Sequence record: DRR378314_524
Reading direction: 5' to 3' (one strand)
Length of the DNA stretch: 50,841 bases
Shown here: positions 29,657-38,612 of the stretch, in pieces
Layout of the letters: each line of letters begins with the position of its first letter
Position numbering within the stretch: position 1 is the stretch's first letter
Made by a program: the position numbers and the translations under genes
Notes under the pieces: generated by a model
What the model saw: the letters and a program-made list of their open reading frames with translations, nothing else
What the model was told of the DNA's origin: nothing
Database searches by the model: none

Positions 29657-30574
29657 TTATGCACTTTTCGCCAGTGAATAATTCAGAATTTTATAGGCGA
29701 GCTTTGCCGCCAGAAAGTCGGGCGCATGAAAACCATCCAGCGGGGCAAGTTCATTAACATCCGCCCCCACGATGGTACCCACCTTTGCAGCACCGCGAAT
29801 GATTTCAATGGCATCATCCCAAAAAACACCACCAGGCTCCGGGGTTCCTGTCGCGGGCATAACAGAACTGTCAAACCCATCCAGGTCAAAGGTCAAGTAA
29901 ATAGGTCGCCCTTTTAACGGCGCGATGATATCGGCTACATCCCAAAGTTTGCGGTCCTTGCCCCAGTGAATGGTAATACGGTGCCGGTTCGCCTCCAGAA
30001 AAGGGATTTCCTCCGCTGAGATATTTCGAATGCCGACAGAAACGATAGGCAAAGCTTCATGATCCAGAACCCGGCGGATCGCCGCCGCATGGGAGAAATG
30101 CTCCCCTTCATATCCATCGCGCAGATCCGCATGGGCATCAAAATGCAACACGATCAGATCCGGATATTGCTCGACAAAAGGACGAATGGCACCTGGCGTG
30201 ATGGAATGCTCCCCACCAAACACAAGCGGAAACTTGTCCAATGCCAATACGTCGCCAGTAAGCGCTGCCAGCTTATCAAGTGCGGCCGGAATATCCGCAC
30301 CATCGACGGGCTCATTTTTCAGGGTGACAATCCCATATTCCCGATACGGCTCTTTCCAGAACTCCTCATCAAACAACTCCACCTGATGGCTGGCTTCCAG
30401 CATAGCCCGCGGGCCATCGGCAGTGCCCCCGCCATAGCTGACACTGCCCTCAAGACCAAAAGGAATGATAACGGCTTTTGCTGTCTCCAGAGTAAACACG
30501 TCATCTCCTTCCAGGCCCAGGAATCCCTCTTCAGACGGCATTAGCTTTGAAAGATCGATCATCTTCTCGCTCAA
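29657..30574 (-). CDS. speB: Agmatinase-family ureohydrolase
   Basis: GGEHSIT, DAHADL, DLDGFD and PATGTPEPGG Mn-binding motifs. Confidence 0.88.
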   Translation of the reverse strand: MSEKMIDLSKLMPSEEGFLGLEGDDVFTLETAKAVIIPFGLEGSVSYGGGTADGPRAMLEASHQVELFDEEFWKEPYREYGIVTLKNEPVDGADIPAALDKLAALTGDVLALDKFPLVFGGEHSITPGAIRPFVEQYPDLIVLHFDAHADLRDGYEGEHFSHAAAIRRVLDHEALPIVSVGIRNISAEEIPFLEANRHRITIHWGKDRKLWDVADIIAPLKGRPIYLTFDLDGFDSSVMPATGTPEPGGVFWDDAIEIIRGAAKVGTIVGADVNELAPLDGFHAPDFLAAKLAYKILNYSLAKSA

Positions 30575-31617
30575 GACTTCTCAAACAGGGTCGCAAAATT
30601 GCGCTTCTTGCGGCCCTTCCATTTACCTTCATGATAGATCGCAGACCCCAGTAGCGGCACAACTGAAGTGGCTTCTGCATAGACCATCTGCTCCCACACT
30701 GTATCCACTTTCCCCCAGCTGGAGGCTTCTTTCAGGGTGGAGGAGGAACAGGCCCCATCGCGCACATCCGCAACCGTGATCTGAACCGCATAGCGGTGCA
30801 TTTCCGCTTCCACACCTAAAATTTCGGCACAAACAACTGTGTCTTGGACAAAGTTTTTAGGAACGCCGCCACCGATCATGAACAGACCCGTCCGACCAGC
30901 CTTGATTTTCACATCGGTTAATTCCCGGAAATCTGCGACACTGTCGATAGACATATAGTTGCCGGGGTTTTCAACCTGATGCTTCACCAGACCAAAGCCT
31001 GCGGAACAATCCGAAAAAGCAGGCACGAAAATCGGAACATTATGGTCATAGCAGGTTTCGATCAGCGATCCCTTTTTAACGGAATTCTCTTTTAACCAGC
31101 GTCCCATTTCCCAGATAAACTCGCGGGAGGAATAAGGGCGACGCTCCAGGCTGTCGGCAATCACTTTAATTGTCTCGTCGCACGCCTGTAATTCTTCCTC
31201 GTCAATATAGGTGTCATAAATCCGATCAATATAGTGATCGCGGAGGAAACCGTCATTTTCTGTCGCATCGCCCTGATAGTGCTTGTAGCCAAGCGCCTCA
31301 AAGAAATCCATATCCACGATGGAAGCACCGGTAGCAACGATGGCGTCAACCATACCATTTGCCACCATATCCCGATACACATGCAAACAACCACCTGCCG
31401 ATGTGGAGCCGGCAAGGCTGAGGATCAGGGAGCATTCCTTATCCTCCAGGGCCATATTCATGATTTTGGTGGCCCGGGCCAAATCGCGGGACGTGAAGGA
31501 CATTTTGTCCATTGCATTGATAATCGGCCGCGCATCAAAAGAGGAAATATCCACATGCTCGACGGTTTTTGAAAGCAGTTCAGCCTTCTTTGCTGCCTTT
31601 GATGTTTCTGTCATCAC
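30571..31617 (-). CDS. Deoxyhypusine synthase-like protein (SpeY-type aminobutyltransferase)
   Basis: IDRIYD, PIFVPAFSD, IGGGVPKNF, DG..SS...EASSWGK (catalytic Lys) and AEAT. Confidence 0.9.
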   Translation of the reverse strand: MMTETSKAAKKAELLSKTVEHVDISSFDARPIINAMDKMSFTSRDLARATKIMNMALEDKECSLILSLAGSTSAGGCLHVYRDMVANGMVDAIVATGASIVDMDFFEALGYKHYQGDATENDGFLRDHYIDRIYDTYIDEEELQACDETIKVIADSLERRPYSSREFIWEMGRWLKENSVKKGSLIETCYDHNVPIFVPAFSDCSAGFGLVKHQVENPGNYMSIDSVADFRELTDVKIKAGRTGLFMIGGGVPKNFVQDTVVCAEILGVEAEMHRYAVQITVADVRDGACSSSTLKEASSWGKVDTVWEQMVYAEATSVVPLLGSAIYHEGKWKGRKKRNFATLFEKS

Positions 31618-31668
31618 AAGCTCCAGAATAGAGTGTTAAGCCACCCGCAGGTGGCTTTTAGAATGGGA

Positions 31669-32856
31669 TTATTGGGTCAGGATGGCAACCGCTGTATCGG
31701 AATAAAATCCATTGAAGCGCGTTTGCATGGAATATCCATAAGCCCCAAGATGATGAAAAAGGATCCAATCCCCCTCTTCAATATCATCGGGCAAAAGAAA
31801 TGGCCCCTGCATAACGTCAAGACTGTCGCAGGTCGGACCGTAAAGCCGGAAAGCCTCCTGTTGCACGGGCATGTTCTGCTGTTCATCCACGTCAATCATG
31901 TCCAGCGGATATTTCCAACCGGGTGTTCCCGCATCAAACAGAGACCCATACGTGCCATCATTAAGATACAGGTTCGTACCTTTACGCATTTCAACGCGCA
32001 CGGCCACGCTACCACTTTCCGCAACCAGCGCACGGCCCGGCTCACAAAAGATCTCAGTCTCTGTAAAACCGTTGTCGGCAAGCGCCTCTTCAATCACGGT
32101 GAAATAGCTTTTCAGGTCGCCAGCTTCCATATCCGGATAGGCAACAGGAAAGCCACCCCCCACATCCAAGGCGTCGATCTTAATGTTGGATTGCGTCAGC
32201 ATCTTTGCGACCTGCTGAATAGCATTGCGATAGGATTGCGGGTCCATACATTGGGATCCCACATGGAACGTCACACCCAGTTTTTGAGCATGGGTAGCGG
32301 CCCGCTGCAACAACAACGGTGCCTCCGTGAACTTGGCCCCAAATTTGTCACTGAGTGGGTGCGCAGCTGCTCCCTGATCAACGCTTAAGCGCAAGAACAG
32401 GTTCAGATCTTCAGCATATCCCGTGACTTCCTCAATCTTCACCAACTCTTCAAGACAGTCGAAGGCAAAATTGCGAACGCCTTGGTCATAGGCATAGTGA
32501 ATTGCCTGCCGACTTTTGATCGGGTGCATGAAATAGATTTGCGCCATCGGGAAATGTGCGGTGATATATTCGATTTCGCGCAATGATGCGACTTCGAATT
32601 TTCGAATACCACAATCCCATAAATGCTCCAAAACAACCGGATGAGGGTTTGATTTCATGGCATACAGGCAGCTTCCTGGGAAAAAATCCAGGAACATACG
32701 TGCTTTTTCGGTTAGTTTCTGCGGATGGAACAGATGCACCGCATCATTGCATTCCTCTGTTGAAACGGCATCGGCCGCTGAGGAATACACGTTCAATCCT
32801 TTAAATACCCCTTGGTCGCACACTTTAGATTTAAAGTTTGGCCTAACATACTGCAT
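31669..32856 (-). CDS. Fold-type III PLP decarboxylase (ornithine/lysine/arginine decarboxylase, short ODC-like form)
   Basis: YAMKSN (PLP Lys), HVGSQ, DVGGGFP, EPGR, NDG.YG, GPTCDSLD and GAY motifs. The true start may be further downstream. Confidence 0.9.
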   Translation of the reverse strand: MQYVRPNFKSKVCDQGVFKGLNVYSSAADAVSTEECNDAVHLFHPQKLTEKARMFLDFFPGSCLYAMKSNPHPVVLEHLWDCGIRKFEVASLREIEYITAHFPMAQIYFMHPIKSRQAIHYAYDQGVRNFAFDCLEELVKIEEVTGYAEDLNLFLRLSVDQGAAAHPLSDKFGAKFTEAPLLLQRAATHAQKLGVTFHVGSQCMDPQSYRNAIQQVAKMLTQSNIKIDALDVGGGFPVAYPDMEAGDLKSYFTVIEEALADNGFTETEIFCEPGRALVAESGSVAVRVEMRKGTNLYLNDGTYGSLFDAGTPGWKYPLDMIDVDEQQNMPVQQEAFRLYGPTCDSLDVMQGPFLLPDDIEEGDWILFHHLGAYGYSMQTRFNGFYSDTAVAILTQ

Positions 32857-33014
32857 ATCGGTTTTCCTACTCGAATACAGGTGGACGATATCAAATTGTT
32901 CGAAAATAACAATCTGATCAGTCGCCGTATGCTAGGGCCTATTTCAAGTGGAAATAATTGCGGCTAAGTCCATCAAATTGTCAAAACTGCATTTGCTTTA
33001 ATTTGCATTCGAAA

Positions 33015-34925
33015 TCAAGCACTTTTTGCAAATTTTTGAAATCTGTTTCGCGGCAGTTGAATTTCAACAGTCGTCCCTTGGCCAACTTCGCTGGTCAATT
33101 GCAGTTTTCCACCATGCAATTCCACAATAAATTTGGAAAGTGGCAATCCCAGCCCGGTTCCTTCAATAGAGCTGGAAACTGCGCTCATGGTTCGGACAAA
33201 AGGCTTCAAAACTGTATCCAGTTCCTTGCCATCAATACCGATTCCATTATCCTCAACAATGAGACTGAAATAATCTTCATTATTTAGATCGACATAAAGA
33301 CGAACCTGACCGCCATCCGGGGTAAATTTGATCGCATTATTCGTCAAGTTGATCAGCACCTGTTTCAGCTTGCGCTCATCACCAAGGAGCAGCAGATCTT
33401 TAGGAATATCATGGCTCAGGGAAATCTTTTTTTCCATAGCCTTGGAATTCAGCAACAGCTCAGTCCATTTCACAACCTCATAAAGACTGACTTCCTCCTC
33501 TTCCAGTTCGTGCTTATCAGCTTCCAGGCGCGAGAAATCCAGAATATCGTTGATCAGTGACAGCAAATGCTGACCAGAAGTCAGGATATTATCGGAATAT
33601 TCTTTGTATTTTCCATTATTGATGGGGCCGAAGATTTCTTTTGTGATCACTTCAGCAAATCCGATAATGGCATTCAAAGGCGTGCGCAACTCATGGCTCA
33701 TATTTGCCAGGAACAGTGATTTCGCACGGGTTCCCTCTTCCGCCCGGATTTTAGCCTCCATCAGCTCCACTTCAGTCTGGTGCTGGGCTGTGATATCCTG
33801 AATAGTCCCCCGGAAATACTCCGTCTGGCCGGCGCTGTCTTTTTGGACCCGACCAATTTCGCGAACAAAGACAAGCTCACCGGTTGGTCGCAGCATCCGA
33901 TAATCAACCTGGTAGTTTTCGTCATTTTGCTGCGCCCAACGGACGAGGCTTCGCATCCGCTCTATGTCATCGGGATGGACCCGTTCCAGATAAGCGGCTG
34001 TTGTAATTTGTAGATTATTAGGATCATATCCCATAATCCGGGAGACTTCATCTGACCAGTCATGCCGCTCGTTTGCGACATCGTAAGACCAATGGCCAAT
34101 ATGGGCCACGGATTGTGCTTCCTGCAGGCGTTCATTCAGAACCCTCAGCGCCTTTTCCCGGGTCCGCAGGTCGGTAATGTTTGTCCGGATCGCCACCGTC
34201 CCACCGGAGGGTGTCTTGACTTCGCTCAATCGGTAAATTTCACCGGTTTCAAAAATCTGTTCTTTGGTCCCAACAGGATTATTATGCGCCTCAAGGCGCC
34301 GTTGGATCCATTCCTCCAACGCCTCATCATCCTCAAAAACTTCTAATTGAAGGGCCTGACGCCGGATTAATTCCTCAAAGCTAACTCCGGGGCGTAAATA
34401 ATCGCCGACGCTTTCAAACAAATCCCGATATCGGGAATTAAAGGCGACGACCCGATCCTGTTTATCAAAAATGATAAAGGCCTCTGAAATCGATTCCAAA
34501 GCCTCGAAAAGAAACTTTTCTGCATCTTCAGCCCGCATTTTCGCGATTTGCAGATCATCAGCCTGGGATTGCAGGCTCTGCTTCTCCTGCTCCCGGTCCT
34601 CCACCTCTTTACTCAGCAAGGCAATAGATGGCAGGAACATAAACAGCCCCACCAACACACCGATAATGCCGGGCAAATACCCGATGGTGTCCCAGTAGCG
34701 GGCAACCTCATAACTGAGCTCTATCTGAGGAAACAGAACCGTTGGTCCAATAATCAGAACATCCAGCAAAGCATTCAGCGACACAAGGCACATACCAAGC
34801 GTCAGGACTATATATCCATGATTGACCTTGGAATACCGGACAGCCTGATAGATAAAAAACCCAGAACCCACCGCCATACAGAGGAACAGCACTATTTCTG
34901 CAATTATCATTCCTGTTCCTGCCAA
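33015..34925 (-). CDS. Membrane PAS-PAS sensor histidine kinase (PleC/DivJ-like HisKA)
   Basis: About 3 TM segments, PAS-like repeats, FLANMSHELRTPLNAIIGF, NL..NAIKFT, DNGIG and GTGLGL. The likely start is the ATG at 34910. Confidence 0.92.
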   Translation of the reverse strand: MAGTGMIIAEIVLFLCMAVGSGFFIYQAVRYSKVNHGYIVLTLGMCLVSLNALLDVLIIGPTVLFPQIELSYEVARYWDTIGYLPGIIGVLVGLFMFLPSIALLSKEVEDREQEKQSLQSQADDLQIAKMRAEDAEKFLFEALESISEAFIIFDKQDRVVAFNSRYRDLFESVGDYLRPGVSFEELIRRQALQLEVFEDDEALEEWIQRRLEAHNNPVGTKEQIFETGEIYRLSEVKTPSGGTVAIRTNITDLRTREKALRVLNERLQEAQSVAHIGHWSYDVANERHDWSDEVSRIMGYDPNNLQITTAAYLERVHPDDIERMRSLVRWAQQNDENYQVDYRMLRPTGELVFVREIGRVQKDSAGQTEYFRGTIQDITAQHQTEVELMEAKIRAEEGTRAKSLFLANMSHELRTPLNAIIGFAEVITKEIFGPINNGKYKEYSDNILTSGQHLLSLINDILDFSRLEADKHELEEEEVSLYEVVKWTELLLNSKAMEKKISLSHDIPKDLLLLGDERKLKQVLINLTNNAIKFTPDGGQVRLYVDLNNEDYFSLIVEDNGIGIDGKELDTVLKPFVRTMSAVSSSIEGTGLGLPLSKFIVELHGGKLQLTSEVGQGTTVEIQLPRNRFQKFAKSA

Positions 34926-35286
34926 ATATACTTTTTCATGCGACTAAATCCATTCAACACATACGCCCGGCGCCTTTCGGCAACGGCTATAATCTGGAAG
35001 GTTTCGCATCTCGGCTTCGCGATTACGGACCTGCTCTCGAACGGGGTCAGATCTATTATCCGAAGACCCGTAAAAACTGAAGAAATAAAAAAGGATCAAT
35101 AAAAACAATTACCTTTGGCATTCTCCCAAACATCACTCTCAGCGCCAACTCCGCCATAAGGCCTAATCGTCAAGACCGTTGGGCGCGCAACCCTATTTCA
35201 CCAATTACATTTTACGTCGACAATTACTGATACTTAGTTAAAGTGGGAAGAGGAATTACAACATCCCAATAAAAAAGGAAAAAAAC

Positions 35287-35595
35287 ATGATCAATGTTGT
35301 TGCAAGGATTACTACAAAGCCCGGAATGAGAAATCAGGTTTTAGAAGCTTTTAAAGCCAATATACCTGCCGTTCTGGCTGAAGATGGATGCATTGAATAT
35401 TCTGCGGCAATTGATGCAGAGGGAATGGGTTCCTTTCAGTCTCAGCTTGGAGAAGACACTTTCGCAGTTATTGAAAAATGGGAAAGCAAAGATGCTTTGA
35501 TGGCCCATGCTGTTTCTCCACATATGAAGGAATATGGTGCCAAAACAAAGGCCATGATTGCTGAGCGAAAAATTTATATCCTCAGCAATGCCTAA
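35287..35595 (+). CDS. ABM-domain putative quinol monooxygenase
   Basis: 102 aa; E.GCIEY and IEKWES..AL.AH..SPHM pattern; AGGA RBS. Confidence 0.85.
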   Translation: MINVVARITTKPGMRNQVLEAFKANIPAVLAEDGCIEYSAAIDAEGMGSFQSQLGEDTFAVIEKWESKDALMAHAVSPHMKEYGAKTKAMIAERKIYILSNA

Positions 35596-35637
35596 GTCCC
35601 TTAAAGCCGCGGGGTCCTTGCCACAAGTCGATATGCC

Positions 35638-36408
35638 ATGACTGTAGACAAGATCATAACAGCAACTGAAGGTGAGGTGACGATCATTACGATCAACCGA
35701 CCTGAAGTTCGAAATGCACTTGATCAGGAGGCAAGCCAACTTCTGGCGGATCATTTACAGGCCTTTGATCAGAAACCCGATCAAAAAGTCGCTATCCTGA
35801 CGGGTGCGGGCGGAACTTTTTGCGCCGGGGCGGATCTCAAGGAAACAGCAGCGCGGGCCGACTACAAGGCTTGGGCAGGTCACCCTGAGGGCCCGTTGCA
35901 TAAACCGTTGAGCAAGCCCGTGATTGCGGCCGTGCCTGGCCATGCTGTCGCCGGTGGGTTGGGTGTTGCGCTTTATTGTGATATCCGCATCGCCGAAGAA
36001 GACACAATTTTCGGGATATTCTGCCGGCGCTGGGGTGTTCCCATGAGCGATGGTACGCCAACCCGGCTCCCCCGGATTATCGGGACGGGTCCCGCCATGG
36101 ATATGATGCTCACCGGCGATCCGGTGTCGGCTGCCCGTGCGTTTGAACTGGGCCTGGTGACCCGGGTGACCCCAAAAGGCCAATCCGTAAAAGAGGCGCT
36201 TAAACTGGCCAAACGAATAGCCGGATACCCGCCGCTGGCAATGCTATCTGATCGTCATGCTCTTCTGTATCAGGAAGGGCGAACAGAAGATGTCGCTCTT
36301 GCCGAAGAATGGCGAATGGCTCAGGAAGCCCAGGCCAAGGAAGCTCAAAAAGGGGCAAAACGCTTTGCTGATGGTGCGGGTCGCCATGGGCAATTTGATA
36401 GCAGCTAG
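35638..36408 (+). CDS. Crotonase/enoyl-CoA hydratase superfamily protein (atypical active site)
   Basis: INRPEVRNAL, FCAGADL, KPVIAAV.GHAVAGG and CDIRIA motifs. Confidence 0.9.
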   Translation: MTVDKIITATEGEVTIITINRPEVRNALDQEASQLLADHLQAFDQKPDQKVAILTGAGGTFCAGADLKETAARADYKAWAGHPEGPLHKPLSKPVIAAVPGHAVAGGLGVALYCDIRIAEEDTIFGIFCRRWGVPMSDGTPTRLPRIIGTGPAMDMMLTGDPVSAARAFELGLVTRVTPKGQSVKEALKLAKRIAGYPPLAMLSDRHALLYQEGRTEDVALAEEWRMAQEAQAKEAQKGAKRFADGAGRHGQFDSS

Positions 36409-37037
36409 GAATAATCACGTCCTGCCCGGCTCTTGTAGCCGGGCAATACCCATCCAAATTGAATAGCCCCACCTCTAACCAGAAATCCAGCAGCGGCGGC
36501 AATCAATACCGATACGATCGCTGGGATATGCACCAACCCACAGAGCACATAAACGCCAGACGACACCAGCGCCGCACTCACATACACTTCCTGCTTCAGC
36601 GCCAGTGGTGTCTCCCCTGCGACTACGTCCCGCAGCAAGCCACCAAAAGTCGCTGTCATCACCCCAAACACCGTTCCAATGATGGGATCGGCGCCCGCCT
36701 TCATGGAGATATGCGCGCCCATAACCGCAAACACTGACAGGCCGACCGCATCCGCCCATAACAGCGCGACATAACGGCGCTGAAGACGATGCGCAAAAAA
36801 GAATACCAGTGCCGCAATCGCGAAACAAATCAACAGGTAAATTGGATCCTGGATCCAAAATACCGGCCGGTCCAAAAGAATATCGCGCAGCGTTCCCCCG
36901 CCAACCCCGGTCAGCGTCGCCATCAAAGCAAAACCAATGATGTCCAGTTGCTTTCGGCTGGCCGCCAAACTCCCGGTTGCAGCAAATACGGCAACGCCGG
37001 TTAAATCAATAATGCGAATAAGATCTAGGATTTCCAC
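36405..37037 (-). CDS. TRIC/UPF0126 (YadS-like) membrane protein
   Basis: Duplicated GGGTLRD / FGGLLRD motifs; 7 TM segments. Confidence 0.9.
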   Translation of the reverse strand: MEILDLIRIIDLTGVAVFAATGSLAASRKQLDIIGFALMATLTGVGGGTLRDILLDRPVFWIQDPIYLLICFAIAALVFFFAHRLQRRYVALLWADAVGLSVFAVMGAHISMKAGADPIIGTVFGVMTATFGGLLRDVVAGETPLALKQEVYVSAALVSSGVYVLCGLVHIPAIVSVLIAAAAGFLVRGGAIQFGWVLPGYKSRAGRDYS

Positions 37038-37071
37038 GCCATAGCCCTCTGATCAGGGGAACCTTGAACTT

Positions 37072-37929
37072 CTAACTACCTGTCTGCACAGACACCGCAT
37101 TAGGCACGAACAATTGCTCCCCGGCAAGACGGTAATCAGCGATCATCTTTTGACCCCGCTTACTCGTCAACCAATCCTCAAGCTTGGCAGCGGCAGACCT
37201 TTTCACATGAGGATGTTTCTGTTTGCTCACTGGTAAAAAAGCATATTGGTTAAATAGGACTGGATCGCCCGAAAAAAGAAGCTTCAGTTTTCGCTTATTT
37301 TTGAAATTCAGCCAGCTGGCCCGATCCGCCATCACATAAGCGTTTAAACTGCTCGCCATATTCAGGGTGGCCCCCATACCGGCACCCGCTGCTTTATACC
37401 AGGTCACGTCAAAATCCTGTGGCTCCAACCCAGCCGCCTGCCAAAGCGACAATTCCTTTCGATGGGTCCCACTATCATCCCCGCGGCTAACGAATTCGGA
37501 TTGGTTTTGCTGTATTTTCTGAAGGGCCGCCCCGGCCATTTTCAGCTCCCGGATTCCGGCGCTGTCATTCCCCGGTCCGATCAGAACAAAATCGTTATAC
37601 ATAACTTCCCGGCGATGAGGTGCATATCCATCCTCGACGAACGTCTGCTCGTCGGCTTTGGAATGAACCAAAATGGCATCCACATCGCCTTGACGCCCTA
37701 ATTTCAGGGCCTGGCCGGTTCCCACCACCAAAAGGTGAACGTCCAGATCCAGATCTTTTTTAATGGCAGGCAATAGAATTTCTGAAAGGCCGGAATTATG
37801 AAAAGAGGTCGTGACCGCAACCTTCAAATCCTCCGCCCACGCCGAAATGGGGCTCAATAAGGCAGTCACAACACAGAGCCTGACTAACAAAAATCTCATA
37901 TCACGATATCTCCCCGTAAAAAGGCGCAC
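37072..37929 (-). CDS. tupA: Tungstate ABC transporter substrate-binding protein
   Basis: VTTS..NSGL, VGTGQAL, MYNDF and SRGDDSGTH..E. The likely start is the ATG at 37899. Confidence 0.85.
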   Translation of the reverse strand: MRLFTGRYRDMRFLLVRLCVVTALLSPISAWAEDLKVAVTTSFHNSGLSEILLPAIKKDLDLDVHLLVVGTGQALKLGRQGDVDAILVHSKADEQTFVEDGYAPHRREVMYNDFVLIGPGNDSAGIRELKMAGAALQKIQQNQSEFVSRGDDSGTHRKELSLWQAAGLEPQDFDVTWYKAAGAGMGATLNMASSLNAYVMADRASWLNFKNKRKLKLLFSGDPVLFNQYAFLPVSKQKHPHVKRSAAAKLEDWLTSKRGQKMIADYRLAGEQLFVPNAVSVQTGS

Positions 37930-38612
37930 GCTTCTGGTGTTTGCGGGCCGTTGAAAAAATGATCTTTTTCAGATTGTTCTAACATTTTACCGTTATGCAG
38001 GAACACTACATCGCTTGCCAGCCTTTTGGCTTGTCCCAGATCATGGGTTGCCATCACCAATCGCACGCCATTTTGCAAAGCTTCTTCTATAAGGCTTTCA
38101 ATTTCCAATGTTGAAGCCCCATCCAGGTTCGCTGTCGGCTCATCCAGCAGCAGAATATCCGGCTTTGTGATGACCGCGCGGGCCAACGCCAGTTTTTGCT
38201 TTTCCCCGCCAGATAAACTCTGTGCGTCTTCATCCGCATGAGACTTAAGACCGACTTTATCCAACCATCGCAAGCCTGCCGTCACCGCCTCTTTTCGCCT
38301 GATTTTTCGAAGTCTCAATGGATAAATAACATTTTCCAGCACCGTTCTTCGAAGAACAATCGGGGCTTGGAAAATAAATGACTGACGGCGGTACAAGTCC
38401 TGATCATCCCCTGTCCAGCTTATCTTGCCGGACCGTGGCTTCTCCAAGCCATGCAGCAAACGAAGCAGGGTTGTTTTTCCGGCGCCGTTCGGCCCCAGAA
38501 TAATGGTGCATCCCAACCCCGCAAGCTGCCAATTCAAAGGCCCTAGAAGCGTCTTGCCCTGCTTTTGAACAACCGCTTCTTTCAGGGTGGCGGGCAAAAT
38601 GCTGTCTACCAT
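37896..38612 (-). CDS. tupC: Tungstate ABC transporter ATPase
   Basis: Walker A GPNGAGKT, signature LSGGE, Walker B LLLDEPT; lies between tupB and tupA. Confidence 0.82.
   Translation of the reverse strand: MVDSILPATLKEAVVQKQGKTLLGPLNWQLAGLGCTIILGPNGAGKTTLLRLLHGLEKPRSGKISWTGDDQDLYRRQSFIFQAPIVLRRTVLENVIYPLRLRKIRRKEAVTAGLRWLDKVGLKSHADEDAQSLSGGEKQKLALARAVITKPDILLLDEPTANLDGASTLEIESLIEEALQNGVRLVMATHDLGQAKRLASDVVFLHNGKMLEQSEKDHFFNGPQTPEACAFLRGDIVI

Noticed and set aside
31633..32388. 251 aa plus-strand ORF
   Set aside because: It is an antisense shadow of the decarboxylase with no recognisable motifs.
26874..32856. Idea that the polyamine made by the upstream operon is the sortase's acceptor nucleophile
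   Set aside because: Only adjacency supports it, and a strong terminator at 29622-29650 separates the two units.
32857..33014. Possible speF-type leader RNA or leader peptide upstream of the decarboxylase
   Set aside because: I could not recognise a convincing structure or Arg-rich leader ORF; an Rfam scan would be needed.
34960..35070. Resemblance to a c-di-GMP-I riboswitch (GATGCGAAACC...GTTGCCGAA on the minus strand)
   Set aside because: It lacks the GGCAAAC/GNRA P2 architecture and a pairable P3, so I did not call it.
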